The notes under the pieces were generated by a model. It searched no databases, was not told where the DNA came from, and was given only the letters and a program-made list of their open reading frames with translations. Of a DNA stretch of 64,000 nt, positions 42,245 to 57,028 are shown one piece after another (positions within the stretch are counted from its first letter, which is position 1; each line of letters opens with the position of its first letter). The DNA lies in assembly GCF_009914755.1 (NCBI RefSeq), contig NC_060935.1. One strand, 5' to 3'. A program made the translations under genes and the position numbers. The stretch comes from the human T2T-CHM13v2.0 reference genome, Homo sapiens.

Positions 42245-45200
42245 TTTTTAAGTAAATATTTTATAATTATTTTATTTGTAAAAATGTTGTGAAGATAGAA
42301 CGGAGAGTTCCTACATTTTCCATACCCAATTCCTCTATTATTAACATCTTCCCTTGGTATGGGACATTAGTGGACATTAAAGAACCATGTTGATATAATT
42401 ATTATCAACCACAGTCAATACTTTAGATTACTTAGTACCTAATATCTTCTTCTGCTCCAGGATCCCACCCAGGATACTATATTACATTTAATCATTCTGT
42501 CTCCTTAGGTTCCTCTTGCCTGTGATAGTTTTTCAGACTTTCTTTGTTTTTTTGATGACCTTCACAACTTCGAGGAGTACTGCTCAGGTATTTTGTAAAA
42601 TGTCCCACAGTTGATATTTGTCTGATTTTTTTCTCATGATTAAACTGGGATATGTGTTTTGGGATGGACAACCCTAGAGGTAAAGCACCATTCTCTTCAC
42701 ATCATATCAAAGGTGTAGAGGGACTCAAAAATGTACCCCAAAGTATGGTGCCTTGTGATGCTGAGTATTTTGAAGTAAAGGAGATTGGAAGGCCTCAGAA
42801 GCAAAGTCTCTGGCCCCTCTTTCTCCTGTGAAATAAACCATAGAAACTAGACTCCCTCTTCCCCAAGATCATAAAAACTAGAACCTTTCTTTTCCAAAAC
42901 AAGCCATAAACCCTAAAAATATTACTATCATCTTCTCCCACCTTTCTTTGTAGCAGCTGGCCATAAAGAAATACTCTGACCTACATTATTTGATAGTAGG
43001 TCATAAAACCTTCATTGCTAAGGCCCTGCCCTATACGTAGGAGGAGGGACTGCTGCACAGAGAGGTCAAGAAGAATACAAACAGACAGGGCTTACTGGGT
43101 TGTTTCTCTCAGTCTATTACATTAGATCATACTCTTTTGTCCAAATTTCTGCAACACTGGCCATAAGCATAAAATCTAAGCATAAAATAAACAATTTTCC
43201 CTGGGTCTTTGGCTCTTCTTTTCTGAAGTCTCCCATGTCATATAAAACTTTGATTAAATTATTATGCTTTTCTTTGTTAATCTGTCTTTTGTTATAGGAG
43301 TGTTGGCCATGACCCTTATGATGGGTAGAGAGCAATTATCACACCTCTATCACCCAAAAAGGGCTATGCTATTAACATAACTTACCATTGTGAATGTTAA
43401 CCTTGATCACCTGGCAGAGGTAGTGTTGGTCAAGTTTCTCAAACTGTTAAATGATTTCACCATGTTTTTATACTGCACTCTTTGAAAAGAAGTCACTGTG
43501 TGCATCTCATACTTAGTGAGTGGGGAGTTATATATAGTACCTTCAAGACAGAGTATCTACATAATTATTTGAATTCTTTTACATGATAGATTTATATATT
43601 TCTCTCCATTTATTAATTTGTATATTTATAGATTATATCTGTACAGACTCCTCTATATTTATTTTATACAACTTTATTTTGTGGCTCAAACTCTTCCAGC
43701 TTTAGCCTTTAGGAGTGATTTCAGTTGACTACTCTGTTCCTTTGAAATATCTCTAACATTGTGGGTGGTTGTCGTTTCTTTGAACATATCCTTAGTTTAT
43801 GGCACTAAAAGATGCTCAACATTCATCTTGTATATTTCTTACCCCAGCCCTAGAACCTGCCGTTTCTTCGAGGAACCCCAGTTCCCTTTACTGGAGAATA
43901 TTTCTTCTGTTCTGCCTACTTTTTCTTCTTCTGGCATTCCAATTATGCATATGTTACATTTTTTGGAAATTATCCCATAATTCTTAATTATTTTTTATTC
44001 TTTCTCTTTACATTTCAGTTTGGGAAGTTTCTCCTAACCTAGCCTCAAGCTCACTGATTCTTTTCTTGGCCATATCAATGTTAGTGATATATACAACACT
44101 GTTGGAGTGTTTTTGATTTCTAGGCTTTCTTTCAATTTTTTCTTAGGGTTTCCGTCTTTCTGCTTACATTATTCATGATTTTCTGCATATTATTTACTTT
44201 TTCTATTAGAAATGTTATTCTATTAATTTTATATTATGTATAGTTTTTTAAAATTGATATTATTCACAATTATTTCAGATTCTATGTCTCATAGTTCCAA
44301 AATTTATATCATATCTAATATGATATAAATGATTCTAATGATTGCTTTATCTCTTCAGATTTTTTTTCTTCTCTGTTGCCATGACTTGTAATTTTTTATT
44401 AAAAGCCATATGTTTTATTAGGTAAGATAAACTGAGGTAAATGGGCTTTTAGTGTACAAATTTATGTTACTTTGGCAAGGAGTTGCACAATGTTTAAATG
44501 TTTGTCCTAGTTGTTACAGTTTTGAGATGAGAGGCCTCAAGTTTCTCTAGTGTATTTGTTTTTGTCTCTATTCTTGGTTTTGGGTTTCCCTACATACTCT
44601 TCCTCAGAGATAGTTCATGTATTTCAGCTCTTTTAGCTGTAATCCACTGTTGTTATACTGGAGATTTGTTGGATGCTGGTAAAGTATGAGAGAGGGGAGT
44701 GTTCAAAATATTCTAATTAAATCTTAGTCCTTTAGTAGGCCAGTGCATTGGGGCTTCACAATACAGCTTTTTCTTCTTTTGCCTCTGCCCCTCTATTTGC
44801 TTCCCTGGTTGCAGTATTTCTATTTATTTCCTTGAAACTCTGACCCCTGTGGCTTATATTTACTTCCCCTTAGGTGAGACAGGAAGACTGAAAGAGGCTG
44901 GACTGAAAGGAATTCTCTTCCTGAAACTGGGATAAGGCTCTAACAATTTCCCCTGGATCATAGGGCTTTGATATGGAGAATGTCCTGGGCATATTTCACA
45001 ACGGTCACTCTCCTCCTCCCTGTAACAGAGTAAGGAGAGTATCTTTCTGAGGTCTTCACCATAAAAACCTGGTGGAGTTCCTGGAGGTAAAGCCCCAAAC
45101 ATGTGGAAGTTCCCCTAAGACAGCAGCACCCAGGAATTTCCCACTATCTTCACTAGTCTAGACTCAGTCTCCAGCCATTCATCGAAGTGTTTCAGTGTTC

Positions 45201-45430
45201 CTACCACTTTAGGAATCCAGCTGCTCCTGCCCCTGGTAAGCAGATCTCAGCTATGTACCTCTGGATGAACCCATCTCTCCACTTTTGAGGATGGCAGTTT
45301 GCCCCGCAACTTCAATTCTCTCATGGGTCCAAGAAAATTTGTTGATTATTAATTTGTCTATTTTGTTCTTATTTTAAGGATAAGGGTGACCAGAGTCTTT
45401 ACATGTCTGACCTGAAATCAGAGGTCCCAT
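42245..45430 (-). mobile_element. L1MC-type LINE-1 fragments (3' end joined to ORF1/5' region), interrupted by an LTR
   Basis: gatagaacggagagttcc, ccaggatcccacccaggatac, ccttgatcacctggcagaggtagtg; ORF1-like antisense sequence after ~43880. Confidence 0.75.
42714..43358 (+). mobile_element. ERV1 solo LTR (MER39-like)
   Basis: tgtagagggactcaaaaatgtaccccaaagtatggtgcc...gagattggaaggcctcagaagca; TSD aagg at 42710-42713 and 43359-43362. Confidence 0.78.
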
Positions 45431-47479
45431 GCCAGCTTTTATTTATAAAACACATCTTTCCATATTTCCATCTGTGTTCATCTTTACATTTTTCTAATTT
45501 TTCTGTTGTGAATTTCACTGTCACTCAGATTTTCAGAAAAACTATCTAGATTCAGTTCAAATTAAGTTTTGCTAAAAAGATGACTACCCCCTCCTCCCCA
45601 AATGTCAATGTAATTATCTGAGTTAAACATTAATATTCCCATGTGAGCTATTCTAGTCATGGTTTGGTGAAATTAACTGAAGTTGAGAATCACTGGTGAA
45701 GAACTTAATCAAGATTAATACCTTCATTTGAAAAGGTTGATGAGGTGGGTGAGCACATTAATGGTTTCATCCATTAAATCTTTTGGTGCTGAGAATTGAT
45801 GTCCTTGTCCTACTTAGGTAAAGAATTTTTATTTCATGGCAGAAACAAGATTATTTATAAATTGAACTATAGAAGTAATTTTTCTCGATTGACAAAAGGT
45901 ACAATTTTTGCCTCCAGCCCTTATTTAGTGGCTCACTGTATATCAGGCTGTTCCCAAATCAGTCAAAATTTGACAGGGGTGGTGGAGGGATTATCAGACA
46001 GCCTCCTTCTCATTTTAAAAATTTAATTTACCAATTGAAAACACATGGTTAGTACGAATAAAATGTCTACTAAAAATTATCTATAATGTGATTTCCTTTT
46101 TTGGTAAAATACAGGTAGAGTGTTGTGGATGCATATTTTAAAAACTAGATATAACAAAAGCATAGAGCAATTACAGGTGATTTTTTCTTTTCTCCTTTTT
46201 CTTTGTATTTTCTCTATTTTACATAACAAACAAGTACTGCTTTTGTAGAGAAGAAAACCATAAAAGTTAAAACAAAAGGACTAGTTTATAAAATCATAGG
46301 ACTTTAATAAAATTTGGGGTTTATTGTCAAGCCAGTTTCTAATTTCTTCTGTTGAGGAAACTGAAGCACAGAAAAACTCATCTTCTTAAATCTTCTAATT
46401 TCTCATTTTTGCCTATCAGAATACTAACCATCACTAAAGGCACTGCTCACATATGCAAGGCTTTGGCATTTCTAAAACAGCATATGTTATGTCTCATCAA
46501 TTTTAAAGTTTTTCCAGTATAGTCATAATACTTAGGAGGGGGAAGAAGAGAAGAGAGGAGCTGTGAGAAAGATAATAGCTTTTATGTACCACTTAACTGT
46601 GTATTTTGTGTTATTTTAATTAATCCTTACATTACCTTCATGACATAAATATAATTCCCATTTTGTAGAATAAAGAAGATCAAACAGATACAATTTTACA
46701 AATCTTCCCTGTCTCAACCTATAGAACTCAGATTTTTACACAGTTCTTTGTGTAACTTGACCTACAGTAGATACTCAGTAAATATTCGTTTAATAATTGA
46801 ACTAATTTAGAAAGCATTTGGTATGCATGGACCAGATTTTTAGTGTTTATCAGTGGACTGCCAATTCCTCACTAAATTCACAACTGAAAACCAACTTTGA
46901 CCACAAGTAGTGTGTTCAAGTTCAGATCCTCTAATAAACAGAATTGTTTTCTGTCATGGAAAAAATGATCACCATTTCTTCCATTTGGCTTCCTTGTTCT
47001 CTTCATTATTGTGCTTCAAAATGTTGAAAATGGTTTTCTAAAATTGTATTCATTTTGTTTGAAGCATTATCACTTCTTTTTCAATACCACCTTTTCTACC
47101 ATGTACCAACCTTTGACCTGCTAGCTTAAAATGTACAGCTAAGTAACGATAGCTTATTATTTAGTACTTTCACAAAAACTATCATATTGGAAACAGGTAG
47201 GACAGATATTATTACTCTTATTTAAGGATGAGGAGGCTAATTCTCCAAGTTCAGTGATTTTCTTAGAGTTATACAGCCAGATGAAAACACAGAGCTAGGC
47301 CTCAAGAAGAGTTCCCCAACTCCAGCTCTTGTGTTCTTTCTTCTATGTCATATGACTCGATAATGCAAAGCCATTCTCTTTGTCATATTGTTAATGGCTC
47401 TCTATAAATTACTCTACAACTTGAGTTTCTACTCCATTCTTACTGGACTTTTTTCAATCCTTTAATTTTTTAGTTTTTT

Positions 47480-47900
47480 TCCAGTCAAAGTTTTTAGTTG
47501 CATGAAATAGAAACTAACTCTGCCTGATTTAAGTAGGAAAAGAATTTGCTGAGAGGCTACTGAGTAGCTCACAAAATCATGGAGCAGCAGGTTCAGAAAT
47601 AGGTGAGAATAAGCAAGAAGGGCATCAGCTAAGACGGCTGCCAAAACCATGCTATAGAACACAGGGCACTTGCTGGGCAATGGATTCCTTTGCTGGTACA
47701 TCTGGCTTTGCTGCCCCTGAAAACTAAATATTGTTATATCAACTGCCACTGCCCATTTCTAGGATGGTTTCTGATTGTCCCTGCTTATTTGTGTCACTAT
47801 CTCCTGTTTCGAAGTCATGAATGAGTATGTCAGATTGGCAGAATATTTATCATATGGTCATACTCTAACTTTAGAAAAAGCCGAGAAACAAAGTTTAGGT
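47480..47900 (-). mobile_element. Ancient MLT1 (MaLR) LTR
   Basis: cagtcaaagtttttagttgcatgaaatagaaactaactctg...gattggcagaat...atggtcatactcta. Confidence 0.6.
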
Positions 47901-48361
47901 ATCTAAACCATTGTCATTGGAGGTAAGCTCTGTCTCCCATCAAGACTCATTAAGCCCACACTTCACCTATCACAACATGAATGTTTAAATCATTGAAAGC
48001 CTCCCACCAGAACCAAAAAAATGACCAAATTCTAGCACTGTTTCCAATTTAGTTTTATACGTTCTTTCTCTGGTCTTTCTTTGGGAATATATTTAATTTA
48101 CAACTATGACTCAATTGTCACTCAACCAATAGTTACCTTTATTTTGCAGCATTCTGGAGGTTCAAAACTCAATGTGTAAGTTTTATTCACCTGCTAAGAA
48201 ATTATTTTTTCAAAGCTAGCCTCAATATTTATTTTAAATGAGTGAACTTCAAGGCCTGAAAGAATAAACTAATACTTTACGAAATATTTTTGAAGTATAA
48301 AGAATATATTCAACATCTTTCCATGTCTCCAGATTTTAATATATGCCTTATTTTACTTTAA

Positions 48362-48703
<342 letters not shown>

Positions 48704-50039
48704 TGAACACTTTAAATCCTGAAAGTGCATTATAATCCTTAATTTATTACCAGTTTATTATCACAGGAATCAAATTCTGAGGATCTTTAAAGTCATGGTC
48801 ATTTTGCTTAACATAGGCCATTTTGTACATGGCAACCATGTGAAGAGCAGTAGAATCAGAAGAAGAAAAAAAAAGGTTTTGAGACATGACTCTATCAACT
48901 GACTGTAAGGTGACCTGGGAAATTCACTCTACATCCCTGAATCTCAGTTTATTCACCTGAAATACTGGGACCAGAACACATTAAAGAATTATTTAGAATG
49001 ATACATTAATGAGCCTAGTACAGTGTAACACAGGGTAAACATCCAGCAGTTTTGGAATCATTTTTGGAAGTTTCTTGCTAGGGTTACCAAGAAAATTTGT
49101 AGAAATCTTGAACTTAAGTGTAGTTAATAATAATAGCTATTATAATGTTTATTGCTCTATGATGACGATAGTAATATAAAACCCCAGGATTAGAATTAGA
49201 TTTGAGCTCTAAATAATCTTCCTGCATAGAACCATGTCAGTATCTTCTTGACAAAATGAGGAACAGATAGTAGTGTTTCCTTCTACCTGAAAGTCCACTA
49301 CATGCATATTCTTTACATGTATTATTAATAAACCATATAGGAGGTAAGTTTTATTCTCCTAAGATAAAGGTGAGGACACTGATACCCAGAGAATTTAAGT
49401 GACTTTCTCAAAATCAAACACCAATAATGTGGAGAAGCAAGATTTCAATTCTAGGAGGTCCTCCTCATCTCACCGCACTGTAATTCACCTAACGCATGAG
49501 GGTTAATTATCAAAAACAGTGTGGCTTATGGGTAGGAGGTATTTAACAAGCATTGATGTTTCATTGCATTCATTGATAATGACACATAAATACATAAATA
49601 AATAAATATATAAAATAAACGAATGAAACTCAACCCTCTCACTCTTGTGCTCAAATCCAGTGATACATGACTAGCATAGTTTCATACCTGAAGAAGCTCC
49701 AGTGTGGAAGTAAGACAATTGTGCAAGGAAGTAAAAAACATCAGGCTGTGTTATGTGCAGTAAAAGAGTCATAAAGAAAATCCCACAGCAGTGCTGAAGA
49801 GAAAGCCATGACTTTTGAAGGGTTCAACCTAAAAAGAGAAAACAAGGCCTTGAGAATGAATAAGCAGGTGGCAGATAGAAAAGGGCAGGGGATATGCTAG
49901 GCAAAGAGAATAGCAAGAACAGTAGAGGTGGAAAATGTACAGCATATTTATGAAATGCTGAATTATTCTATTTGAGTAGTATGAACAGTGGAAAAGGACA
50001 CGAAGAAAATAAGTTGACCCAGTTTATAATAGTTCACAC

Positions 50040-50215
50040 ATACTAAGTATTTTTTATTAGCCAGGAACTCTTCTCAATGTGCCCTATGCATTACTTCCTT
50101 AAATCTTCATAATTACTCTATGAAGTAGGTATCATTATTTCTTTTGCTTTTTCATAGATGAGGAAACAGAGTCATAAAGAGTATAAATTGATTTTCCCAG
50201 GCCACTTACCTAGTA
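50040..50215 (-). mobile_element. MIR
   Basis: gccaggaact...aatcttcataattactctatgaagtaggtat...tagatgaggaaacagagtca...ttcccaggccac. Confidence 0.75.
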
Positions 50216-51079
50216 TATGGTACAATATATACACAATTTGGGGCTAACAGGAGAGGCTATAGGTCATCAACCTTGTTCTGCCCTTTGAGGGATGATTAAT
50301 TGAAAAGATATGGGTTTAATTGAACTTTTCTGCTTTATCTGAAGACTGTAGCCAATGCACAAAATGCTAACACAGCTGACAAAGGAGATCAGTTTTTGGA
50401 AAATCTTAAGATCACTAAGAACAGAGAAATTTGCAAAGGGTGGAGGTGTGGTAAGAGGAGGGGTTTCCTGTAAGTCTCAAGTGACATGTCTTCTCTTTCT
50501 TCTATGAAAACCACAGTACATAAAAAAGGGAGCTTATTGGTAACTATTTTTCAAAGATTTTCCATTTAGGATTTTATGATTTAGTGTCTGTTTCCATTTC
50601 CAAAACACGCTAGACTTTCATGGGTTCATGCTTTTAAATATGCTATTGTTTCTGCCTGAATTCTGACTCTCTTTCTCCATTTGTCAAACTCTCAGATATA
50701 AAAATCATTTTATACTTATAGTGATGTTTACTCACGCCTTTCTCATAGTTACATAGCATTTCTTTCTGTGTATGAATCTGTCCTGGGTTTTATTCTTCCC
50801 CAAACCCCCAAGATCAGAATTTATCTTGCAAGCTTCTCCATTCTAAGCATCACATTGTATCTGGTATGGACTGAAATCAATAAATCAGTTTGAGTACAAG
50901 TGATATTTATCATGAAGTGTCATTTCTCTTAACTAATATAAGTGAAGTTTTCTAGAAAAATGCCACACCTCTTAATACTCTGGTCACTTTTGGATATATA
51001 TTTTAAAACACTATAAGTATTCTATCACACCAGGTTTTTTTTTATGTGTCTGTACTGAGTTGTTTATTCTTTACATACA

Positions 51080-51860
51080 CATTTATTGAATACGTACTTT
51101 GAATAACACATTGCCTTAGATACTATGGATACAATGGTAAACAACATAGTCTCTATCTTCACAAAGTTTACCATGGAAGAGAAAGATCTTAACTGCTTGC
51201 TGAAAAACTCATTTATATAGAGATATGCCTAACTCCAGGGGTCAATGAAGTGATACTTCAGATGACATCAATATGACAGGTAGAATTAACTAGTTGAAAA
51301 GGAGGACATGGTTATGAATTTGGGCCATATTGTTAGAATAATGCAAGCCACTGATAAATTTTAAGCAGGTTATAATCAAATTTGAATTTTCAAAAGATTA
51401 TTGCAGCTTCAGTATGCAGAAAAATTTTAGTAGTTGGAAAGCACATGCAGAAAGCCAGTGAAAATGCTATTATAAGAGTCTGAGGAAGAGGTAAAGGTAG
51501 TTTAAGTTGCAGTGGTGGTGGCAGGAAGGGAGACAGAAAGCATGATTAATTTGATATTATTTTGAAGGCAAAATTTACAGAACTTGGAAAATTATTTATA
51601 TATCAGATGAAGGAGATTAGGAATGGCTTTACGCTTTCTGGCCTGTGAAAATGATGAATGGTAGTATAATTCACTCATATAATAACAAGAGGAGCAAAGA
51701 AAGACATGGAGGAAAGCTTATGGTTTTGTTATACAGTGAAATGAAGTTATATGGGACGGCAAGGTGAATGTCTCTTGAGAAGTTGGATACACAGCCTGAA
51801 ACTCAAAAGCGGTGTCTGGCCCTCAGATCCTAATGCGAGAGACATCAGCATATAAATTAT
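51080..51860 (-). mobile_element. LINE-2 3' region
   Basis: acatttattgaatacgtact...ggatacaatggtaaaca...ttttaagcagg...gttggatacacagcctgaaactca. Confidence 0.7.
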
Positions 51861-52305
51861 TGACTCAGCTAATTTTTAAAACCCCATGGAAGGGTGATTT
51901 TTATTCTGTTTTACAGGTAAGTAAATTGAGACTCAGAAAGATAAAGTGATTAATTTTAAACTACAAAGCTAGTAAGTGTCAAATACTGAATCCAAAACTT
52001 CATCACTCCATCACTGCACAGAGAAGAGGGTTCCCTTTAACCCCTACATTGTCTTCTACGCATATGCTCCACCTCTTTGTTCCTTCCCTAGTGTCCCAAT
52101 GGATACTTTTTACTACAAAGGCAACAAAATTTCCTGGATGAGCCAGGGGAGAAGAGGCTCAATGAGTCATATTAGAAGCTTGAAGGTATTTATTTCCAAT
52201 TAAATTTAAAGAAACAATTTACTTGAAATGCTTTAGAGTAATTTTCACACGGCTTTGAATTTACAAAGTTAATTTTAGAGAAGTTTGACTTTAAAATAAG
52301 CAACA

Positions 52306-52416
52306 GCAGATACTTGGGAGGCTGAGGCAGGAGGTTCTCTTAAGCCCAGGAGTGTGAGGCCAGTTTGGGCAACACAGCAAGACTCATCTCTAAGAACAAA
52401 GCAAAACAAAACAGCT
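52306..52416 (+). mobile_element. FLAM/free Alu monomer, 5'-truncated
   Basis: tacttgggaggctgaggcaggagg...agcccaggag...gggcaacacagcaagactcatctct with A-rich tail; TSD-like aaaataagcaaca / aaactaagtaaca. Confidence 0.8.
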
Positions 52417-54774
52417 AAACTAAGTAACACCAATTGCCTATTTTCTATTTTATGAATTTTTCCATATTGTTGCCTCTGTTGTACTTTCAAGGAGTTTAAA
52501 ATTTATCTCTATTCATAGCTAAATTTTAAGCTTACTAAAAAATTATTTAAGATTTCTTGATATAATTTTGTTCAAGGGGATTATTATTCATCAACCAGGT
52601 ACTCATGTTTATAATTACTTAAGTGGTTTCTGTAAAAAGGCAGCTGATGTCTGCCATTTATCAAACTTTTTCTCTTATAATTGAATTTAGTGATTCTTTA
52701 GAAAATTGAGTAGCAGGTGATTTTCTCATATGTATAACTAATTTACAAGGGGAGGCCAAAAATCTTTGGCAAAGAAGGGTTATGTCTTCAATGTTGTTGA
52801 TAAATGTAATCTTACTTTCTACGTAGCAGAAAAACTCTGTTGAGAGCTTCCTTCTCCCCATACATTACAAAAGACCTGGAAATTTGGTTTCAAAAATGAG
52901 AAGGGGAAACACTGTTCACAGTAACTGCAGTGCCCCATTCTGCCAATGGAATTTGATGACACTTCTATCATTCATGAATTTGTTCAATAGCTCTGTTTGG
53001 CTGTGTATACCTGTGTGCATGCTGTTCTTTTCTGCCTAGGATGGATTGCCATCAACATTATATGCTCAGAGTCTAATTCATTCTTTTACTCAGTGGGACA
53101 GTCTTCTGGGGTGCATTCCCTGACTTCACAGAGATGTAGGAAGTCTTTTCTCCATGATGCCTTTCTATCTTCATCAGAACAACATTACTCTCGAAATGAT
53201 TTGTTTACCTGCCAGGTGCTGAGGGTGAAAAGGTAAATGAGACAGAGTGCCCCCCAACTCCCCGCCTACAGGTAGTGTATCTCAATGAATAAGTGATATT
53301 TTAATAAATGAGTTGAAGAAAGATAAAACAAGTAAGACATAATACTTGCTCTTGAGAGTTTGTGACAAGCTTGAAAAATAAGACATATATAAATAGATAT
53401 AATTATAATAAATGGACGTTTGTGCCAAATGTCACAAGGCAGCAAAGAAACTAGTTTGAGAATCCAGAAGAGAATGGAGCTGAGTCAGCAGCTGAAGCAA
53501 GTTTGGAAAGAAAAACTCAAATTGTAAGCTGATTTAGGTGAAATATTGATGAAATTATCATTCTATCATGATAAGAATCAACAGCAGTTGTAAATTGTTT
53601 TCTATATGGTAGACATTGTACCAAGGGCTATACATACATTGTCTAGTTTAATCGCTCCAGGCAGACTCCTAATTCATTTGAGTAATGGCCCCTAACTACT
53701 TCATGTGTTTGTTTTGTGAATAAATGGGCATGTTAATGCACTTTGGAAATGATAGAGCATAAAACAAAAATCTACATAATTATTCTGAAAAGAATGGATG
53801 ACAAGAAAAATAGGACTTCACAGAGGGAAGGATGATCAAAAAATTACGATATTGGGACAGAACAAAAAGGTGCACTATTGGGGCTCAAACGCAGATGGCT
53901 TACAAAGAAAGTCTGAATTTGAAGGATGTTGAGAAATAAAAGTATCTCAAAGACAGTCCCTTGGTGACAGTAAAAATTGAGACCACTTGGAATGAATTAA
54001 AGTGGAGCAATAGTAAGAGAAGCTGGAGAACAGGACTGACATAGAAATAGTATTTAAAAGCTGTGAAAGCACTTCAGCCAAGCCTTTAACAAAAAAGAAA
54101 ATATTTATTATGTAGCCTCTATGTATCCTGCCTTTTTTTGGACATTTTAAATGTACTATGTATTGAAGCCACTAACAGCAATTTAAGCTAAGTATTGTAG
54201 TCCCATTTTCAAAATAATTTTAATATATATTAAAAACAGTAACTTTCAAGGTCTAGGGTTTACCCTGGGTTATATAGTCCATGATGGCTCACCAACAACC
54301 TGTCTGTATTCTAGCTAGTCAGAAAGGAAAAGGTAAATGGTTAAAGATATATTCTTTTCTTTTTAAGGGAACTTCCCCCAAAGTTATACATATATTTTTG
54401 CTCTAGACTTGAGTCACATAGCCATGACTTGCTGCAAGGTAAGCCCAGGATGCACTCTCTTCTTTCTGCTATGTCAAAAAGTAAATTTATAGTATCTTCT
54501 GTGTATGTTCTACATATATATCTTCTATATGCATTATAGAGAGCATCTTCTATAAAGGAATTGTTTTGTTAGAAAGAATCCATTTGCTCTTACTGAACAG
54601 ATATTCAGTACGGACTTCCTCATTTACTCAAATCTTAATAGTCTCCTAAATAGATTCTATAGTTATATTTACATAAAATTTAAACATCTCTCCTTAACTG
54701 CTACGTGCCTTAAATATGTAGTTGATTGTGAGAATGAGATTTGTTTTTCATTAAAACAAATCTTTCCTTCCCAT

Positions 54775-56018
54775 TTCCACAGCTGCCATTCAGGGACATT
54801 CCTTCAACATATCTTCTGGGTCCAATAACACATTCAGTCATTCAGTAAACATGTTCATTCTCTCATATGTGTTTCAGACACTGTACCAGATTCTAGAATT
54901 ATATCAATGATGAAAGCACACTATTGGCCTTCAAGGAGCCATTTTAATAGAAACAATAGGTTAATTGTTGATGTATAGGGAAGTTTAATTTATGTAATAC
55001 TTATCTAGCCGTATTTTATTTTTTTACTATGCATTATCTGATTATGGATTTCCTAAATATATAGTTATATCATCTATTAATTGCATCAGGTACTTTTAGT
55101 AGCATGCTTTCTAATTGTATCAGTAAAAAGACTTTTTTTTTATTTTGGAAAATTAATAGAATAAACCAAAAATAAAAATCAACTGTAATCTTATTGTTAG
55201 ATTGATCACTTGTGCTGTTTTAGTCTCCTGTGTACTTTTTCTTATACTTTTTTCCACATACACATAAGTTGTTAAGCATATCTTTTAATTAATTTTGTTT
55301 TATCAAATATTATAAGCATGTTATTTTACAAGCCAAAGAGTGCTGCAAGTCTTATAACAAAATGTTTATGCCCCTATATCAGCTACTGTAACCCTTTTAC
55401 CTATTTATTCTGCTATATTGCCCTGTATTTCTAAATAATAGGGAAATATTACTATCTGTTAATTCATCAAGTTTATCTTTGGAGTTCCTCATATTTAAAT
55501 AATGATTTTAACTCTCTTACAGCTTCCCTGTTCTTTCATTCATCTTCTCAGTATAGTATTATCATATTTGGGGGCAAATCCACATCTAGGAATTTTACTG
55601 TTTTTACTACTACAATATTATTTACAGTTCAACCAAATAGTATGCTATGATTACGTTTGTTTTCCTGCATTACTTTTCTATTGGAATTAAGACTTTTTTT
55701 TTCATTTTAAAGCACCCATCACTGTTTATACCAAATTTTAAAAGGAACTGTAAATACTACCTCATAACATAGTGAAATATGAGTAATTTATAAATTTTTT
55801 CCCTGGGTGACATCCTTTTGTATATGTCTGCCCTTCTCATTCCACAGCTGCCATTCAGGGACATTCCTTCACCATATCTTCTGGGTCCAATAACACATTC
55901 AGTCATTCAGTAAACATGTTTATTCTCTCATATGTGTTTCAGACACTATACCAGATTCTAGAATTATATCAATGATGACAATATACTATTGGCCTTCAAT
56001 GAGTCATTTTAATAGAAA
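54775..56018 (+). repeat. 179-bp dispersed direct duplication (54775-54953 and 55840-56018)
   Basis: Ungapped match at offset 1065; 9 mismatches counted. Confidence 0.92.
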
Positions 56019-56217
56019 AAATATTCATATAATAGATAACTGGAATATAATGTGACGGGTATGATAATAGAGGAAATGCTAAGCCAGTAACATATTGGAT
56101 GCTGTCTCTCCTCAGTGCCATGTTCTTATGTGGTTTGAAGGAATATAAATAATCAGGAGGCTAAAGACTTTTCCTTGTTCAGAATTATTGTTTAAATATA
56201 TGTGGTCAAAATCTGTT

Positions 56218-56987
56218 GTTGCTTTTTAAAGTAATGTAAAACGATTGACCACTATTCACCTTTATTTACAATAAAGGAATCAATATACAATTGGATAACA
56301 TTCTGATTACTACCAAGTTATTGTTTTCCCTGGTTTCTGCTGAACCAGAAAATCGAATATTGAAAAGACTGAGTCTACCTGTAAGGAATGAGTTAAGGTA
56401 AAGAAAAAATATGCAAGTCAATACATTACAAAAGTTGTTCATCCATTTATGGCAGCAGATTCTAAACTGCCAAATCTCCAACCATCTGATTGGGTTCCTA
56501 AAGCCAAGTCTTAGACATCCCATGAATCATTACCTTTTAGTCAGTATAGCACAGGGATTTCAACTTTTTGTAAAGGAATGGCCTGCTAGAGGAATCGTTA
56601 AATGTCCATTAAATTAAGTCTTGTTTAGATAATTAAAACACAGCAGGATCTGTCTAGTTCCCTCATCTGGTTGGGGAGGTTGTTGGTAGTAATAAAATTA
56701 TTCCTTTTAGGAATTTTACAAACTGTTCATTTATATGACTAAAGGTGTAGATAGGGATTCTTATATGGCTACTATTAAATGATACATTTAAATTGTCCAA
56801 CTAATTATAGAATCATCTGTTTTATTTGAAATGTATGGCTTCAGGAAAATTTTGAATTTAATTTGATGTGATTTATTTCTTAGGTTGCTCAGTATGATGG
56901 CATCTCAAAAACATGGGCTTACCCATGATTTTTGTTTGGTGAATGTTTAAAAACAACACAAAAAGCCATTTATGTACACATTTTATG

Positions 56988-57028
<41 letters not shown>

